From the human T2T-CHM13v2.0 reference genome, Homo sapiens: a DNA stretch of 64,000 nucleotides. Positions 43,025-58,045 of this stretch are shown here, one piece after another (positions within the stretch are counted from its first letter, which is position 1; every line of letters begins with the position of its first letter). The position numbers and the translations under genes were made by a program. The stretch lies in the NCBI RefSeq assembly GCF_009914755.1, contig NC_060935.1; one strand, 5' to 3'. The notes under the pieces were generated by a model. It had not been told where the DNA came from. It saw nothing but the letters and a program-made list of their open reading frames with translations, and made no database searches.

Positions 43025-43533
43025 TAATATCAAGAGACAGAATGACCTAAGCCTATCCCAAGCACAACCCCTGACTAGCTGTATGAATTTTAACAAGTCA
43101 CTTAACATTTCTAGACTTCACTTGCTTTACTGCATAATATAAAGCATAACTATAAAAGTTAGACTGGATTTGTCTTTAGGTTCCCCAGCTCCATAATTAT
43201 AAGAGAAGAGGTGAGGAGAAGTATAATTTATTTGTTCAACAATTATTTATTAAGTACCTACAATGTGCCCAACCCTGTGCCTTCTCTCCCATTCCAGGTT
43301 CACCTGTATTTCAAAGACAGGCTCCCAGTAGCTTCCCATGATTCCAGGGATTCTACATGTTAGAAATAAAGAACAAACTTGAAGATTCTCGCTTGTCTGT
43401 TCAGGATAACTGGGATGTGCCCTATGGTGCTGGCAGGTCCTCCCAGATCACAATTCCACAGCAGAAGAGATAAACATAGGACCTGGAAACCACTTTAATG
43501 TGAAGAGATGAAATGCAGCAGAAGAAATGTTCA

Positions 43534-43927
<394 letters not shown>

Positions 43928-45318
43928 TTACTTTACTTGTACCTCCCAGGAAGACAATGATTTAGACTTTTAACTTAAAAATATACAAAATTCCACAAAG
44001 AAAGAGCCCTCACTCAGCTTTGCTGGGTACAGCACCTTAGCAACTAGCCACAATCTTTGCAATGATTAAGGATTGGGAGTAGAGAGATACAGAAAAACAT
44101 TAAACAGCAAGTTCAAAGACACCAATTCAATACCTAGCTATGTGACTCACTAGCTTTGTGAGCCTGGACTTAACATTCAGCCAGCCTCAGCCTCAGTATC
44201 TCATCCATATAATGAGGATTGGGATGATGAACTCTAAACATCTTTCCTGTTCTAAAGGTCAACCAGTTCCTTATCATCTAAGTTTTTACCATCTAACTGC
44301 CATCTGTTCCCTTTTGTACTACTATCCATTGTGAACACAGCAAACAGTTGTTTTCCAATGTGCCTGCAATAGCTCTTCAAATACGTACCTGAAGACTCTT
44401 TTGACTCCCTCTCTTCTAACATAAGTCAATGGCCCAGATGGAGTCATGTGGTTAGCAAGATGTTTGGAATAACTCATGTGGAGTCATATGTCTAAACTTG
44501 GAGCCATAAGGAAGGGAATACATGCAGCAAAGAGCTGCTTGCTTTCTCAACATCTTGTAACTGAGAAAGGCCCATAACTCCCAATCTCATTTCCTGGGAA
44601 TTCTACCAGCAGCTGCGATAGGATTACAAAAGTTGCAAGAGAAAGGGATTAATAACCTTGATGAGCTGACCATCTAGCTGAGAAAACTGAACCTATAGAA
44701 AGTATATAACTGGCGAATTGTATAGAACAGATTATTACTACATACAAAATTTGGGGATGTACCCAGTAAGAGTCACAGGAAGTTAGACAAAAAAAATGGT
44801 TAGATGAGGGGTATAGTCTGCTCCAGGGAAAGCCTATTGCTCTGTAGGAGGTCAGACTTTGAATCACTGAAGAGGACATGACTTACTTGGGAAACCATGA
44901 CACCAACCCAGCCTCTAGTGGGTGGTGATCTTCAAATTAGGGGTGACTTGGGGCTCTGCCAATAGAGTTCTCTCAAACCCACCCTAACGGGGTAGTTAAG
45001 AATAGACTATCTGACAGGGCAGTGGAGGCAATTGCAAGCCAAATGTCACTTGGCTTTTCTATGTTCTAAGTCAAGGATGTTCATTTCTCTCTTAACTTGT
45101 AGATTAACTTTGGAGCCCATTTAATGAAAACCATCTCTGAATGGGGGACCTATGAAATGTGTCACTCTGAAGTTGCAGAAAGTTATTTTTTCTTCTTCAA
45201 ACAAGCACTCCTTGGAAACAATAAACCAGTAAGTAAAAATAATTCCACAAAAGAAATCACAGAAGCAAATGATTAATAAATACCACCCCCACCTAAGATT
45301 CTTAGTTTCAGAGCTTTT

Positions 45319-46087
45319 TTTTTTAATTTTATTATTATTATACTTTAAGTTTTAGGGTACATGTGCACAATGTGCAGGTTAGTTACATATGTATACATGT
45401 GCCATGCTGGTGTGCTGCACCCATTAACTCGTCATTTAGCATTAGGTAGATCTCCTAAAGCTATCCCTCCCCGCTCCCCACACCCCACAACAGTCCCCAG
45501 AGTGTGATGATCCCCTTCCTGTGTCCATGTGTTCTCACTGTTCAATTCCCACCTATGAGTGAGAACATGCAGTGTTTGGGTTTTTGTTCTTGCGATAGTT
45601 TACTGAGAATGATGATTTCCAATTTCATCCATGTCCCTACAAAGGACATGAACTCATCATTTTTTATGGCTGCATAGTATTCCATGGTGTATATGTGCCA
45701 CATTTTCTTAATCCAGTCTATCATTGTTGAACATTTGGGTTGGTTCCAAGTCTTTGCTATCGTGAATAGTGCCGCAATAAACATACGTGTGCATGTGTCT
45801 TTATAGCAGCATGATTTATAGTCCTTTGGGTATATACCCAGTAATGGGATGGCTGGGTCAAATGGTATTTCTAGTTCTAGATCCCTGAGGAATCGCCACA
45901 CTGACTTCCACAATGGTTGAACTAGTTTACAGTCCCACCAACAGTGTAGAAGTGTTCCTATTTCTCCACATCCTCTCCAGCACCTGTTGTTTCCTGACTT
46001 TTTAATGATTGCCATTCTAACTGGTGTGAGATGGTATCTCATTGTAGTTTTGATTTGCATTTCTCTGACAGCCAGTGATGGTGAGCA
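45319..46087 (-). mobile_element. 5'-truncated young L1 (L1PA3-like) with open ORF2 C-terminus
   Basis: ORF 45542..46108 matches L1 ORF2p end ([19 protein letters not shown]...SLIGGN); 16-bp TSD tagtttcagagctttt at 45303-45318 and 46088-46103; 3'UTR has GAG rather than the L1HS-Ta ACA. Confidence 0.95.
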
Positions 46088-46734
46088 TAGTTTCAGAGCT
46101 TTTATCATGTCTTCTTTATTTCAAAATACAAATACCTTTAAGGAAGGAAATAATTTGAGAACTCTTATCATAATATTTTATGTTTTAAAGATGAACAGTT
46201 TTCTTTTTCCTGTTCAGGGACTTTGAATTTAAAAATTTCTCAAAGAGGCAGACAGGGAGAAAAGTTTCAGCCACCTCAAACTCTGATAACATCCATGAAA
46301 TTTAATTTGAGATATCTCATAACCAATATTTTATAACCTGTCCTTAAAAATGAAGGACATGCTCTCAACACTTCCTGTCATGGAAATTGTTTCAACAGAC
46401 AAAGAAATAGGCATATCCATGGTTAAAATCTCACAGCTGTCACATTATTTAGTTCTGCACAAATGAAAAATCCTATTACCCAAAAAAGGTTGGAGAATCT
46501 GTAGCTTTAATTTGGCAAGCAATTGCATTTCCACATTGTTTTAGTCATATCTTCCCTCATACAGATATGAACCCTGGAAAATATTTAATTAAATATAACT
46601 ATGTGGTATGAAAAATAAGTCAAAAAAAGAAGTTAATGCTTTGCCATCTTTAATGCTGTTATGCAATTCATTAGAGAAAAGAGCACACAATCCCTCAATC
46701 CCCATCCTCCAAAGATTCAAAAGAGCAGATTCAG

Positions 46735-47173
<439 letters not shown>

Positions 47174-49615
47174 CAGTTTTAAATTTTAAAGGACAACAGA
47201 ACAAATAACAAAACCTCCCACTTTCTCAAGGTCACAAAAGAGACTTTCATATCACCAAACTCAAAAGAATCCAGATTCTCAAATGGGCATCACATCTCTC
47301 CATGAATTATCCCTTGGTGAGGAAACTTGCATTTATCAAGACTTTTCTACTTGCTTGGGCTTGATTTCTGCTATTTGTCTGGTATTTGAAGGGAGGAAAA
47401 AAAATCATTATATTGCTGGGGACGTACAGGAAGTAAGTCTCAAACATGAAATTGAATTTGTATTTCTTTCTGAAAAGAAAAGTTCATTTGAGGTTTATAC
47501 AGAAGTAAAAGAAAAGCAGAATTTCCAGGAATTGCTCCAGGAATTCATGGAAAGTAGATCCCTTCATCATTTTTTTCTAATAAAGAAAACCAAGAAAAAA
47601 CAATAAAGAGATGGTCTTTCAAAATGCCTAGCTTCCCATTCCTTTACAATATCACTAAGGAGAGGTTAAGTGGCTGTACTTCGGTCTCCACATTTACATT
47701 TCAGAAGTATTGCCCACTGTGTGGCCTTGGGCAAGTTACTTAGCTTCCTCACTGGTAAAATATCTACTTAAAATTGTGTTATAAGGATTACATGCACTTG
47801 TATGTATAAAAGACTTAGTCTAGCATGAGTCCATAGTGAACCTTGTATTAGCTGTAATACTTATATTAGCTAATATAAGTATTAGCTGTTATTATTACTA
47901 CCACCACCGCTAAGTTTATTTTCAGCCCCCCAAATAAAGTCACATCCCCCCAAGGAATAATGCTTGCATTTTATTTTCTGAAATGATGATGGCCTGGCTC
48001 CAGGCTCACCATCAGATCTAAAAAAAAACTGAACCCTCTCAGCCAGAGCACACTAATGTGAACTGGGGTCTGGGCTGCTCTGTGATTTGGGCAGCAGAAA
48101 AGGCCAGATACTTACGCCCAGTAGCCTGAGTTGCACTCATTTAACAAATGTTAATTGTATCCCTAGTCTGTGCCAGGCAGTGTACCAAAAATTTATTTGT
48201 TCATGATCAGCACTTTCACTGTATTTTCTAGAGCCCAAGGCCGTGTTTTTTGTTTTTTACTATAATGTGCTGCTTATGTTAAAAAAAGAAAAAGTTACAT
48301 AGGAAACATTTTCCAGGATGAAACTAACAAGAATAGTAAAAGCCACTCCAAACCATCTATTTCTATCTTCTTCCTTATATTTCTACAATATAAAAATTTT
48401 CACCTTTTTAAATTTGATAAAGCAGATTATTCCCAGATGAGTTTTTGCCAAATATCTGCAAGAAAGGATGACTTCAGGTGAGCTGGCTCTGAAATCAGCA
48501 AACTGACAGAGCAGGCCACAACTCCCCTTCCCTCATATCTACCAAACTGCAAATAGTGCTGGGAAGGCTGCCACTCTGGAAATCCCAAAGGACTCAGGAA
48601 AGGTGACACACAAGCACAGAGCATACACATAAGCCATCATCACCAGGGGAATCTCCTGCTGTAAAAACTCTGAGTAGGCACCAGAAGCTTAAACTTCTTC
48701 ATAGAAGAGCCTTAACATTCACTGAGGCTCAGGTTAGATTTAACCACTTACATAAGAACTGATCTAATGATTATTATTTTATGAAGTTGCATCATTGTGT
48801 TCAGGCAGCACAGGGAAGAAAAAGAGCACTGACTTGGGAGTCGGGCTTGAGCTTGAATTCCAGGGCTACCCCTTAAAAGCTGTGAGACTCTGGGCAAATA
48901 TTTAACTTCTCCAAGTCTAATTTTTCTTATCTAGGTTATATGGCATCAAATTTCTACCTTTGAAGATCTTTGTAAGAATTAAAAGGATGATTCACGTTAA
49001 ACACCCAGCTGATATCTGACACACCATAGAAACTTAACACGATATATGCTCTGACCAACTCTTATTTTGGGGCAGGAAAAATGTCCCAAGAACTCCTCCC
49101 CTGATTTAGAGAAATAATGAAAGTGAATCCGAGGCAAATATTGCCCCTCATTTTTCTAAGAGTCTAATTCTGATAAGTGATATTTTTAGGACTCTGACAG
49201 TATCTGAGATATTATGAAAAATGCAACCAAACCTTCTCCAATAGCTCTTTGTCACCCAGATCTTACAGTGGGCAATCAAGAAGGCTTCAACTTTCTCCTG
49301 CAGAGTACCATGAGCTTTGGAACTGGAGCCCACATCCTCCCAGCTCCTCTGTTCTAGTCTCTTTCTATCCAAATCCCAAATGCAGCTTCTAAAAAGAAAG
49401 ATCAACTGTTTCCCCACAATCTATACACAGGATGGCACAGAGTGAAAGTAGGCAATTTGCCTCAACTTCTTTTCATTCATTCAGTAATATCTGTCAGGTC
49501 TGAGACTTGACTGATATATACTTTTAAATAAACTTAAATATATCAGGAAGCTAAGAGACTTTATAGTTCTTATATTTCCCAGGATCTAGGTTTAAAATCA
49601 AAAGGATTGAATTTG

Positions 49616-49850
49616 GGCTCACGCCTGCAATCCCAGCACCTTAGGAGGCCAAGGCTGGAGGATCGCTTGGGCCCAGGCATTCAAGAGCAGCCTGGGCAAC
49701 ATAGCAATACCCCATCTCTATAAAAAAAAATTTTAAATGATCCAGGTGCAGTGGCATGCACCTGTAGTCCTAGCTACTCAGAAGGCTGAGGCAGGAGGAT
49801 TGCTCGAGCCCAGGAGGTCAAGGCTGAATAGCTAGGACTACAGGTGTGCA
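49616..49850 (+). mobile_element. AluJ-like, tail-less, ending in an inverted copy of its own sequence
   Basis: Alu body to ~49826, then reverse complement of 49759-49781. Confidence 0.85.
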
Positions 49851-50022
49851 GCTCAAACCGACCATATTACTCTGGGCAAGCTATTCAGTTCTTCTGAATT
49901 ATAGTTTCCCTAGCTGTGGAAACTAATAATACTTCCTACCTTATAGGATTATTTTAGCATTAAATGATATTGTATGTGAAAACATTTTGAAAACTGTAAA
50001 GTTCTATACAAATGTTATATTA

Positions 50023-50367
<345 letters not shown>

Positions 50368-50415
50368 TTATTATTATTGTCCCTTTTGTCAGCTACAGCC
50401 TATGTGATCTAATAA

Positions 50416-50954
<539 letters not shown>

Positions 50955-51204
50955 TGAAATTTTAAAGCTTGACACTTATTTCTAAAAGGTGAAATGTGAT
51001 TTGGTTTACGGAATGACAAGAGAAACCCGTGAAACTTTCTTAAGCACCTTCTTCACATGCCTAAATACATAGCGTCTTGAGAAATGGGCCCTTCTCTTAT
51101 GTAAAGACCAATAACTTCTCAGAGTCTTTAATATCTTCAGAGTCTTAGCCAAAAACAAACCAAAAATAAAAAACAATTGGCTTCACATATGTGGCATTTC
51201 ATGG

Positions 51205-51746
51205 TGCGTTGAAGGGATCTCCAAGTCCAGTCCCAGGTTTGATGATTCACTAGGATAACTCAACAGGACAACATACAGTCATATTCACAGCTATGACTTA
51301 TTACAGTGAAAAGATACAAAGCAAACTCAACAATGGAAAAAGGTGCGTGGGGTGAAGTCTGCATAAAACTGGGTGGGAGCTCCCACGGGTCTTCTCCAAG
51401 AGGAGTCACACTGGACACACAAGTTGTGACAATGCATCTGAAATGTTACCAACCAGACTGTTCATTAGAGATTCAGTGCCCAGAGTTTTTAATGGGGACA
51501 AGTCATGTAGGCACCCCTTCCCTGGCATGTACCCAAATTCCAGACTCCCAGAAGAAAAGCAGGTGCTCGGCATAAACCATATTGCTTGCACAAACAGTTT
51601 AGGCACAGTGAGCTACTCAATCATTTAGATTTGTGGGAATCCTCCTGAAATCCAAGTTCCCTAATGCCAGCCAAAGGCCAACTTGCAAGCAGGCCTTTCT
51701 ATGGACAGGCAGTTTCACACCCACTATGTTAATTCTTTTCTGCACA
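51205..51746 (-). mobile_element. MER68/MER77-like LTR
   Basis: Minus strand begins tgtgcagaaaagaattaacatag; TG..CA termini; near-TSD catgg/catga. Confidence 0.7.
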
Positions 51747-53009
51747 CATGAGAATAAAAAGCCAAATATCTAATTAATTGATAACTGCCCATTGACCACT
51801 AAATTCTTAAAGCCCATCAATGTACTAAAAACCTTAAAAAGACAGGGAACATAACTTAGCACTTCAAAATATATTCATTTAACACACTTGTACTATCTCA
51901 GCCTTCTGGGCTTTGGGCATTAAGGAAATAGTAAGTCCCTTTAGTCCCAGCGCTCTAAGAACTTTTGGAACAAAAGGGAAGATAAGATGAGGACATAAAG
52001 AATGATAACACACAGTGGTATGTGATGATGGCCATAAAAGAGGTATAAGCCGAACACTAAACCAGTTAGAGGAGGGAAAGAAAACTTCCTGCCATGATGA
52101 ACCAGGAAGATTTCAGGAAGAATTAGCATAGAGCTGCAGTTTTAAGAACAGCTAGGATTTCAGAGTTAGAAACAGGGTTAGGAAGAGCTCAACAAAAGGG
52201 ACTAAAAGTCCATAAAAAGCATCCAATCTCCTTAATAACATGTACTACACTCTTCATGATCAGCCCACTACCTACTTCACTGGCCTCAGCTCCTGCCAGC
52301 CTTACCTTGAACATGAAACCATGCTTGCCATGCTATTTCCCAGCCTTTTGACCTTCTGATTCTTATTCACCCAGATCGCCTCTCAAATGCCACCTCTTCC
52401 AGGAAGCCCTACCTTGGCACTTGATCTCCCTTCCCTCTTACCACCCCACCTCCTTCCTCTGTGCTCACATCTGACTATGAACATCACACTGAGTGGTAAT
52501 TACAGATATCTATTTTCCCCACTGGACTCTGAGCCTAAAACAATTTGGCACACAAACATAGAAAACACTCAGTGAGTATCTATCAAATAAATTAACTCTT
52601 GCCTCTAAATCTGATATTCTTCCCACTACAGCATGCTGACCCTTTTATCAACAAATGTTCACTGTTTAATAATAGTTTAAAGAGAATAGCAAGAGATTTT
52701 CTGTAAAGATCAATCATACCATACTTAAGTATTAAACTAAGCTCACACCCTTGGTCACTGCATCTACAGGTAGTGATGCACACAAACACACCCTCAAGGA
52801 CCTAACCATTCCCACACACAGTTCATCAGTTTTGGTGCTTTGGTCTCAAAGTAAAGAGACCAAACCAGAATCTATCAAAGGACTAGACTGAGACTTGACT
52901 AACACAGTGAAAGGGCTTGGGGATTGGCACATGAAAGAGTCCAGGTTCAAAGGTCTAGTATTCCAAAACCCCAATGTAGGATGTCTCCAAGAGTTTCCTG
53001 GGTTTCTGC

Positions 53010-53274
53010 CGCCCAGGCTGGAGTTCAGCAGCACAATCATGGCTCACTGCACCCTTGATATCCCAGGCTCAAGTGATCCTCCCACTTCAGCCTCCTGAGT
53101 AGCTGGGACTACAGGTGTGCACCAACATGCCCTGCTAATTTTTTTCTATTTTTCTGTAGAGATGGGGTCTTGCTATGTTGCTCAGGCTGGTCTCAAACTC
53201 CTGGGTTCAAGCAATCCTCCCACCTCAGCCTCCCAAACTGCTGAGATTACAGGAATGAGCCACTATGCCTGGCC
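53010..53274 (-). mobile_element. AluJ, 3' end truncated
   Basis: Alu consensus similarity. Confidence 0.88.
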
Positions 53275-54475
53275 CCCAGGAATTTAAAAGGTACAACTTA
53301 CTCCCTATGCACTGAATGTCAGCCCAAGACTTGCTTTTAGTTCCTGGCTGCTGAGAGAGTGGACTTGGAAAAAGTATGCCAGAGAAGGAAAAAAACAAAC
53401 ACATCCACTCCCTCCTCACTTCCTCACACACCAAGCAAATACCTGTGCTCAGTTCCACAACAGGGTCACATCTGTCCCCTGCAGAATCTGACCGGTAGAG
53501 CCACGTCTCCTCCACACCCTTGGCTCCTGGCCACACATTATTAATAGTTCAAGTGCAGATGCAGGTGACTGTCTTCACATTGAGGCACCTCTAGTAACCA
53601 AGGCTAATCTCCCCAGTGGCTTTCCCCAAGGAACCCAGGTAATGTCGGGTTTTCCCTCCAGCATAGATAAAGCAGGCAACTATCCGGAAAACATAAACAC
53701 AGGGCTAGAAACACAGAAACACACATCTGTGTGTACCTGGGTCTGATCCTGACTGCTTAGGGAGAAGGGCCACCTAGCTTCTTGCCATTTCCCATAGATG
53801 ATAGTTTTGTAGTCTGAGCCTCTCTGCTCCTCCCTCTAAGAAACTCAACAGCTGCTAACCACAATAGTGCATGCTAAGCACAAGAAATTCTACAAAGCAC
53901 TAACCAAATTCAGCATGCATTAGGTATCTACTATCCCTAGAACCTTAAACTCAATTTTGGAAATACAAAAAGGGGCCTTAAACTTTTTTTTTCTGGATTC
54001 AAGCTTCAATCATTTTGCCAGAAACACACCTGGTCCTTTGTTGAAAAGTGGTAAACATGCTTAACTCAAGGTAAGACATATTTATATTTTTGGAACAATT
54101 TGGCTCCAATGTGATCCAGTCCATAAATTAGCATATGGAGTCACCATTTTCCAACACATTATGTACTCTCCTATAGAAGTCTTGAATAGCAGCACCATCT
54201 CTACAAGTACCATTACCTTTTACCAAAAAAGCTTTAATATATGTTATCTCCTCTGTACACACAAGTGCAAACAAGTATGCCAATCAACCCCAAACCCATC
54301 TTTCATACTGTGAGCAGTGTTATTATCCTAAAGAGAAATTTCATTATCTCACTTACAATATTGAGAAACTTCAAAGATAAAGGGCAGCCTCCAAGATAAA
54401 GGGTCAGATTGTAGCCTCATTTCACCTTTGGTCTTTGGTGAAACTCCACTACATTAGCAGCGCCACCAACCATAA

Positions 54476-55140
<665 letters not shown>

Positions 55141-55309
55141 TAACCTAGCAAACTCCTACTCAGCCATAGGTCTAGCTTATCTGTCACCTTCCTACTTTCC
55201 CTGGCAGTTGCTCTCTCAGCAATCTCACAATAAGCTGTATGCATTTCTAACTAGAACACTTACCACACTGTACTGTAAGTACTACTTCACCATTGTCACC
55301 TTCAATAGC

Positions 55310-55392
55310 CAAGAGGAAGGGAAGGAAAGAGAAGGAAAGAGAGGAAAGAAAGAGAAGGGAAGAGAGAAAGGAAAGGAAGAAAAGGAAAATGA
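55310..55392 (+). repeat. Polypurine (GA-rich) low-complexity tract
   Basis: About 80 nt of almost only G and A. Confidence 0.85.
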
Positions 55393-57905
55393 ATAGAACT
55401 GACATTTATTGAATAGTGACTCTATGCAAGACACAAAGTCAGAGGCTTTAATATATTTATTACCCCATCTTGTGAGAAAATGAATGCAATTTTTGCAGAA
55501 AAGGAAGTTGAGAGTCCTATCCCAAAGAAACTCAAAAGCTGCTAACCACAGTTAAATTAGTTGCTTTATAACACAACTAGTAAGTGCATTCATGTTTAAA
55601 TTCAAGCTTATCTTATTCCAAAGCCAAGTTTATTTCCACTACAAAGTGGCCTCTATGGGAAACATGGACACTAGCCAGAAACATCTTCTTAACCATGACC
55701 CCTCTCCCATCACCTTGTTGGCCACTATGCTTCATAACTCTGGCTTCTGACCTTCCACCTATGATTGCACCTCAAAATCATCTGCTATAACCATCAGATG
55801 GCAAGGTGTTGCTAGGAATCTGGCAAGAACACAGTGAATACATTTGCAGAAAGGTAGTATGATACTATTTCAAAAAGGTTCAAGAATGCATATTATAAAA
55901 CTGTAAAAATGTGTCATATCTAAGTGGTCCTGCTAGGACAACTCATATAAAAATTCTTTATCTTTATAAAATCCTCATATCATGCACAACATGAAAATCA
56001 ACTTCATTTCTACTCAAGTTCTTCAGTATATTCCCTCTCACTTATCAAGTTGTGATGCCCCAAAATAAACTGTAATTAAGGTCTTCTTGCCAGTTCTCCA
56101 TAGTATTTCAGTTGCTCTAGTCCTGGGTGGTGCTGCTTCATAACTGCAGGAATAAGTGGCTGACTCCTTAGGCCATGGAGCGCTGGGAGAACCCAGTTGT
56201 TTTTCCTGGAAGATTATGTTAAGCCCATCATTACATCTCTATGGTAACAGAAATATCCTAGGTTTTCTGGAACAGTCCTAGTTTTGAATATTTATAATCT
56301 GTTTCAAGACTAGTGACAAACATATGTCTTAACACAGGATTCAGTAAGCATGAATATAACATCTTTCCTTTAGAGAACTCCCCCCAAAGAGGCAATACTG
56401 GGTTGTGAAAAGAGTACAGGTTTTCCAGTCAAAGTAACCTGGGATCAATTGTTTGTTTGGCCATTTACCACCTCTGTGACCTTGGGCAAAGGACTTGTCT
56501 GTGCTTCCATTTCCTCATCAGTAAAGTGGATAATTATCACCTACTTTAGAGAGTAGTCCTGCCAATTAGAGGAACAAGGACATAGCAAAGGGACTGACAC
56601 AGAGTATGCACTAGATAGATAACAGACATTCTGTTTATTATGTTGTTGTTATTTGTAGCATCCCTAAAAGGAATGGAAAAGAAAGATACTATTTTTGCTT
56701 TTCTAAGTAAAGGACTATAAATTATGTGATTTACCTGTATTCAACTTCCTAAACACAACACTTCAGTTACTACATTCCAGGTAGTGTTGATTCTTAAATA
56801 GTATACTAAGTTGCTGACTCATCACTTTGTAGTCTGGTGTCACCCCCTAATATTTCCTGAAATACTTAAACTTTATTAATTATTACTATCTCTGTGTAAC
56901 AAAATTTTCTAAATTTTTGCAACAAGCCCATTTTCAAGGGTTATCCTGTGTAGTCAAAACACTATCGCAAGCTATGTACCCTCATTCTGCATCTAGAACT
57001 CAGTTTGCAGCTTCGTACGTAATTTCATGAACAGTAGAGCAGAATACAAGTAGGGTACAGATAGCGTACAATTATATCAGATTATCTTCCAAAGATCCAA
57101 GGCATGGGCTCTGGAGTCAAACTGCCTGGATTCAAATCTCTGTTGTTGTTCTTATTGGCTGTGTCACCTTGGGCAACTTATTTAAATTATATGGGCCTCA
57201 ATTTCCTCATCATAAAATAGAAACAATCATAGTACCAAAAATAGTATCAATAATAGATTATTGTGAGGATTAAATAAATTGATGTAGGTATAGTGCTTGG
57301 AATACTGCCTGGTACATAGTAAGTGCTCAATAAATGTCAGACATCTTCATCATTCACTTGCTTCAGACTGTTTTTCAGTCTGAAGCAATTAGACGTGATA
57401 TAGTATGTTACATTAGCAACCAAAAATACCAGATCAGGTAAAATACCTTTAAAATAACTGAATAAAATGAATCCTACATAACCAGTTACTACCTCTAGGT
57501 GCCATAACAGCAGTAGATCTATCATATTTGCATTTGAATGCCGGTGGCTCCAACTATTCATAACTTACCTTGAAGACGTCATGTAGAAATTGTAGCTAAA
57601 TCAACAGTAGCACCAGAAAGGAATGAAGTCGTGAGTCCTTGGCTGGTAAGTCTTTGGTCAACCACCCAGCACAGCATCTCAATCTGCTTTTGCTGGTTTT
57701 CATTAAATACAGGACCTCATTTAATCCTCTAAACAATCTTGTCAAACAAATCTGATCATTCTCATTTTATAGACACATGGAGGGAATTACATGCTATGAC
57801 AATAGTTGCAGTCTTGGGGATAGCAAAGGTCTCAGGATGAAAACCCTGAACGTGTCCCAAAATGGCATAACTGAAACAACCCTAGACTATAACTAAAAGA
57901 AAAAG

Positions 57906-58045
57906 GGCCGAGTGTGGTGGCTCATGCCTGTAACCCCAGTGTTTTGGGTGGCCAAGGTGGGAAGACTGCTTGAGCCCAGGAGTTCAAGACCAGCCTGAGC
58001 AACACAGTGAGATCCCATCTCTACAAAAAAAAAAAAACAAAAAAA
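57906..58045 (+). mobile_element. FLAM / Alu left monomer
   Basis: Left-arm sequence plus A tail. Confidence 0.88.

Noticed and set aside
45542-46108. 188-aa ORF as a novel protein
   Set aside because: It is the L1 ORF2p C-terminus in a truncated, promoterless copy
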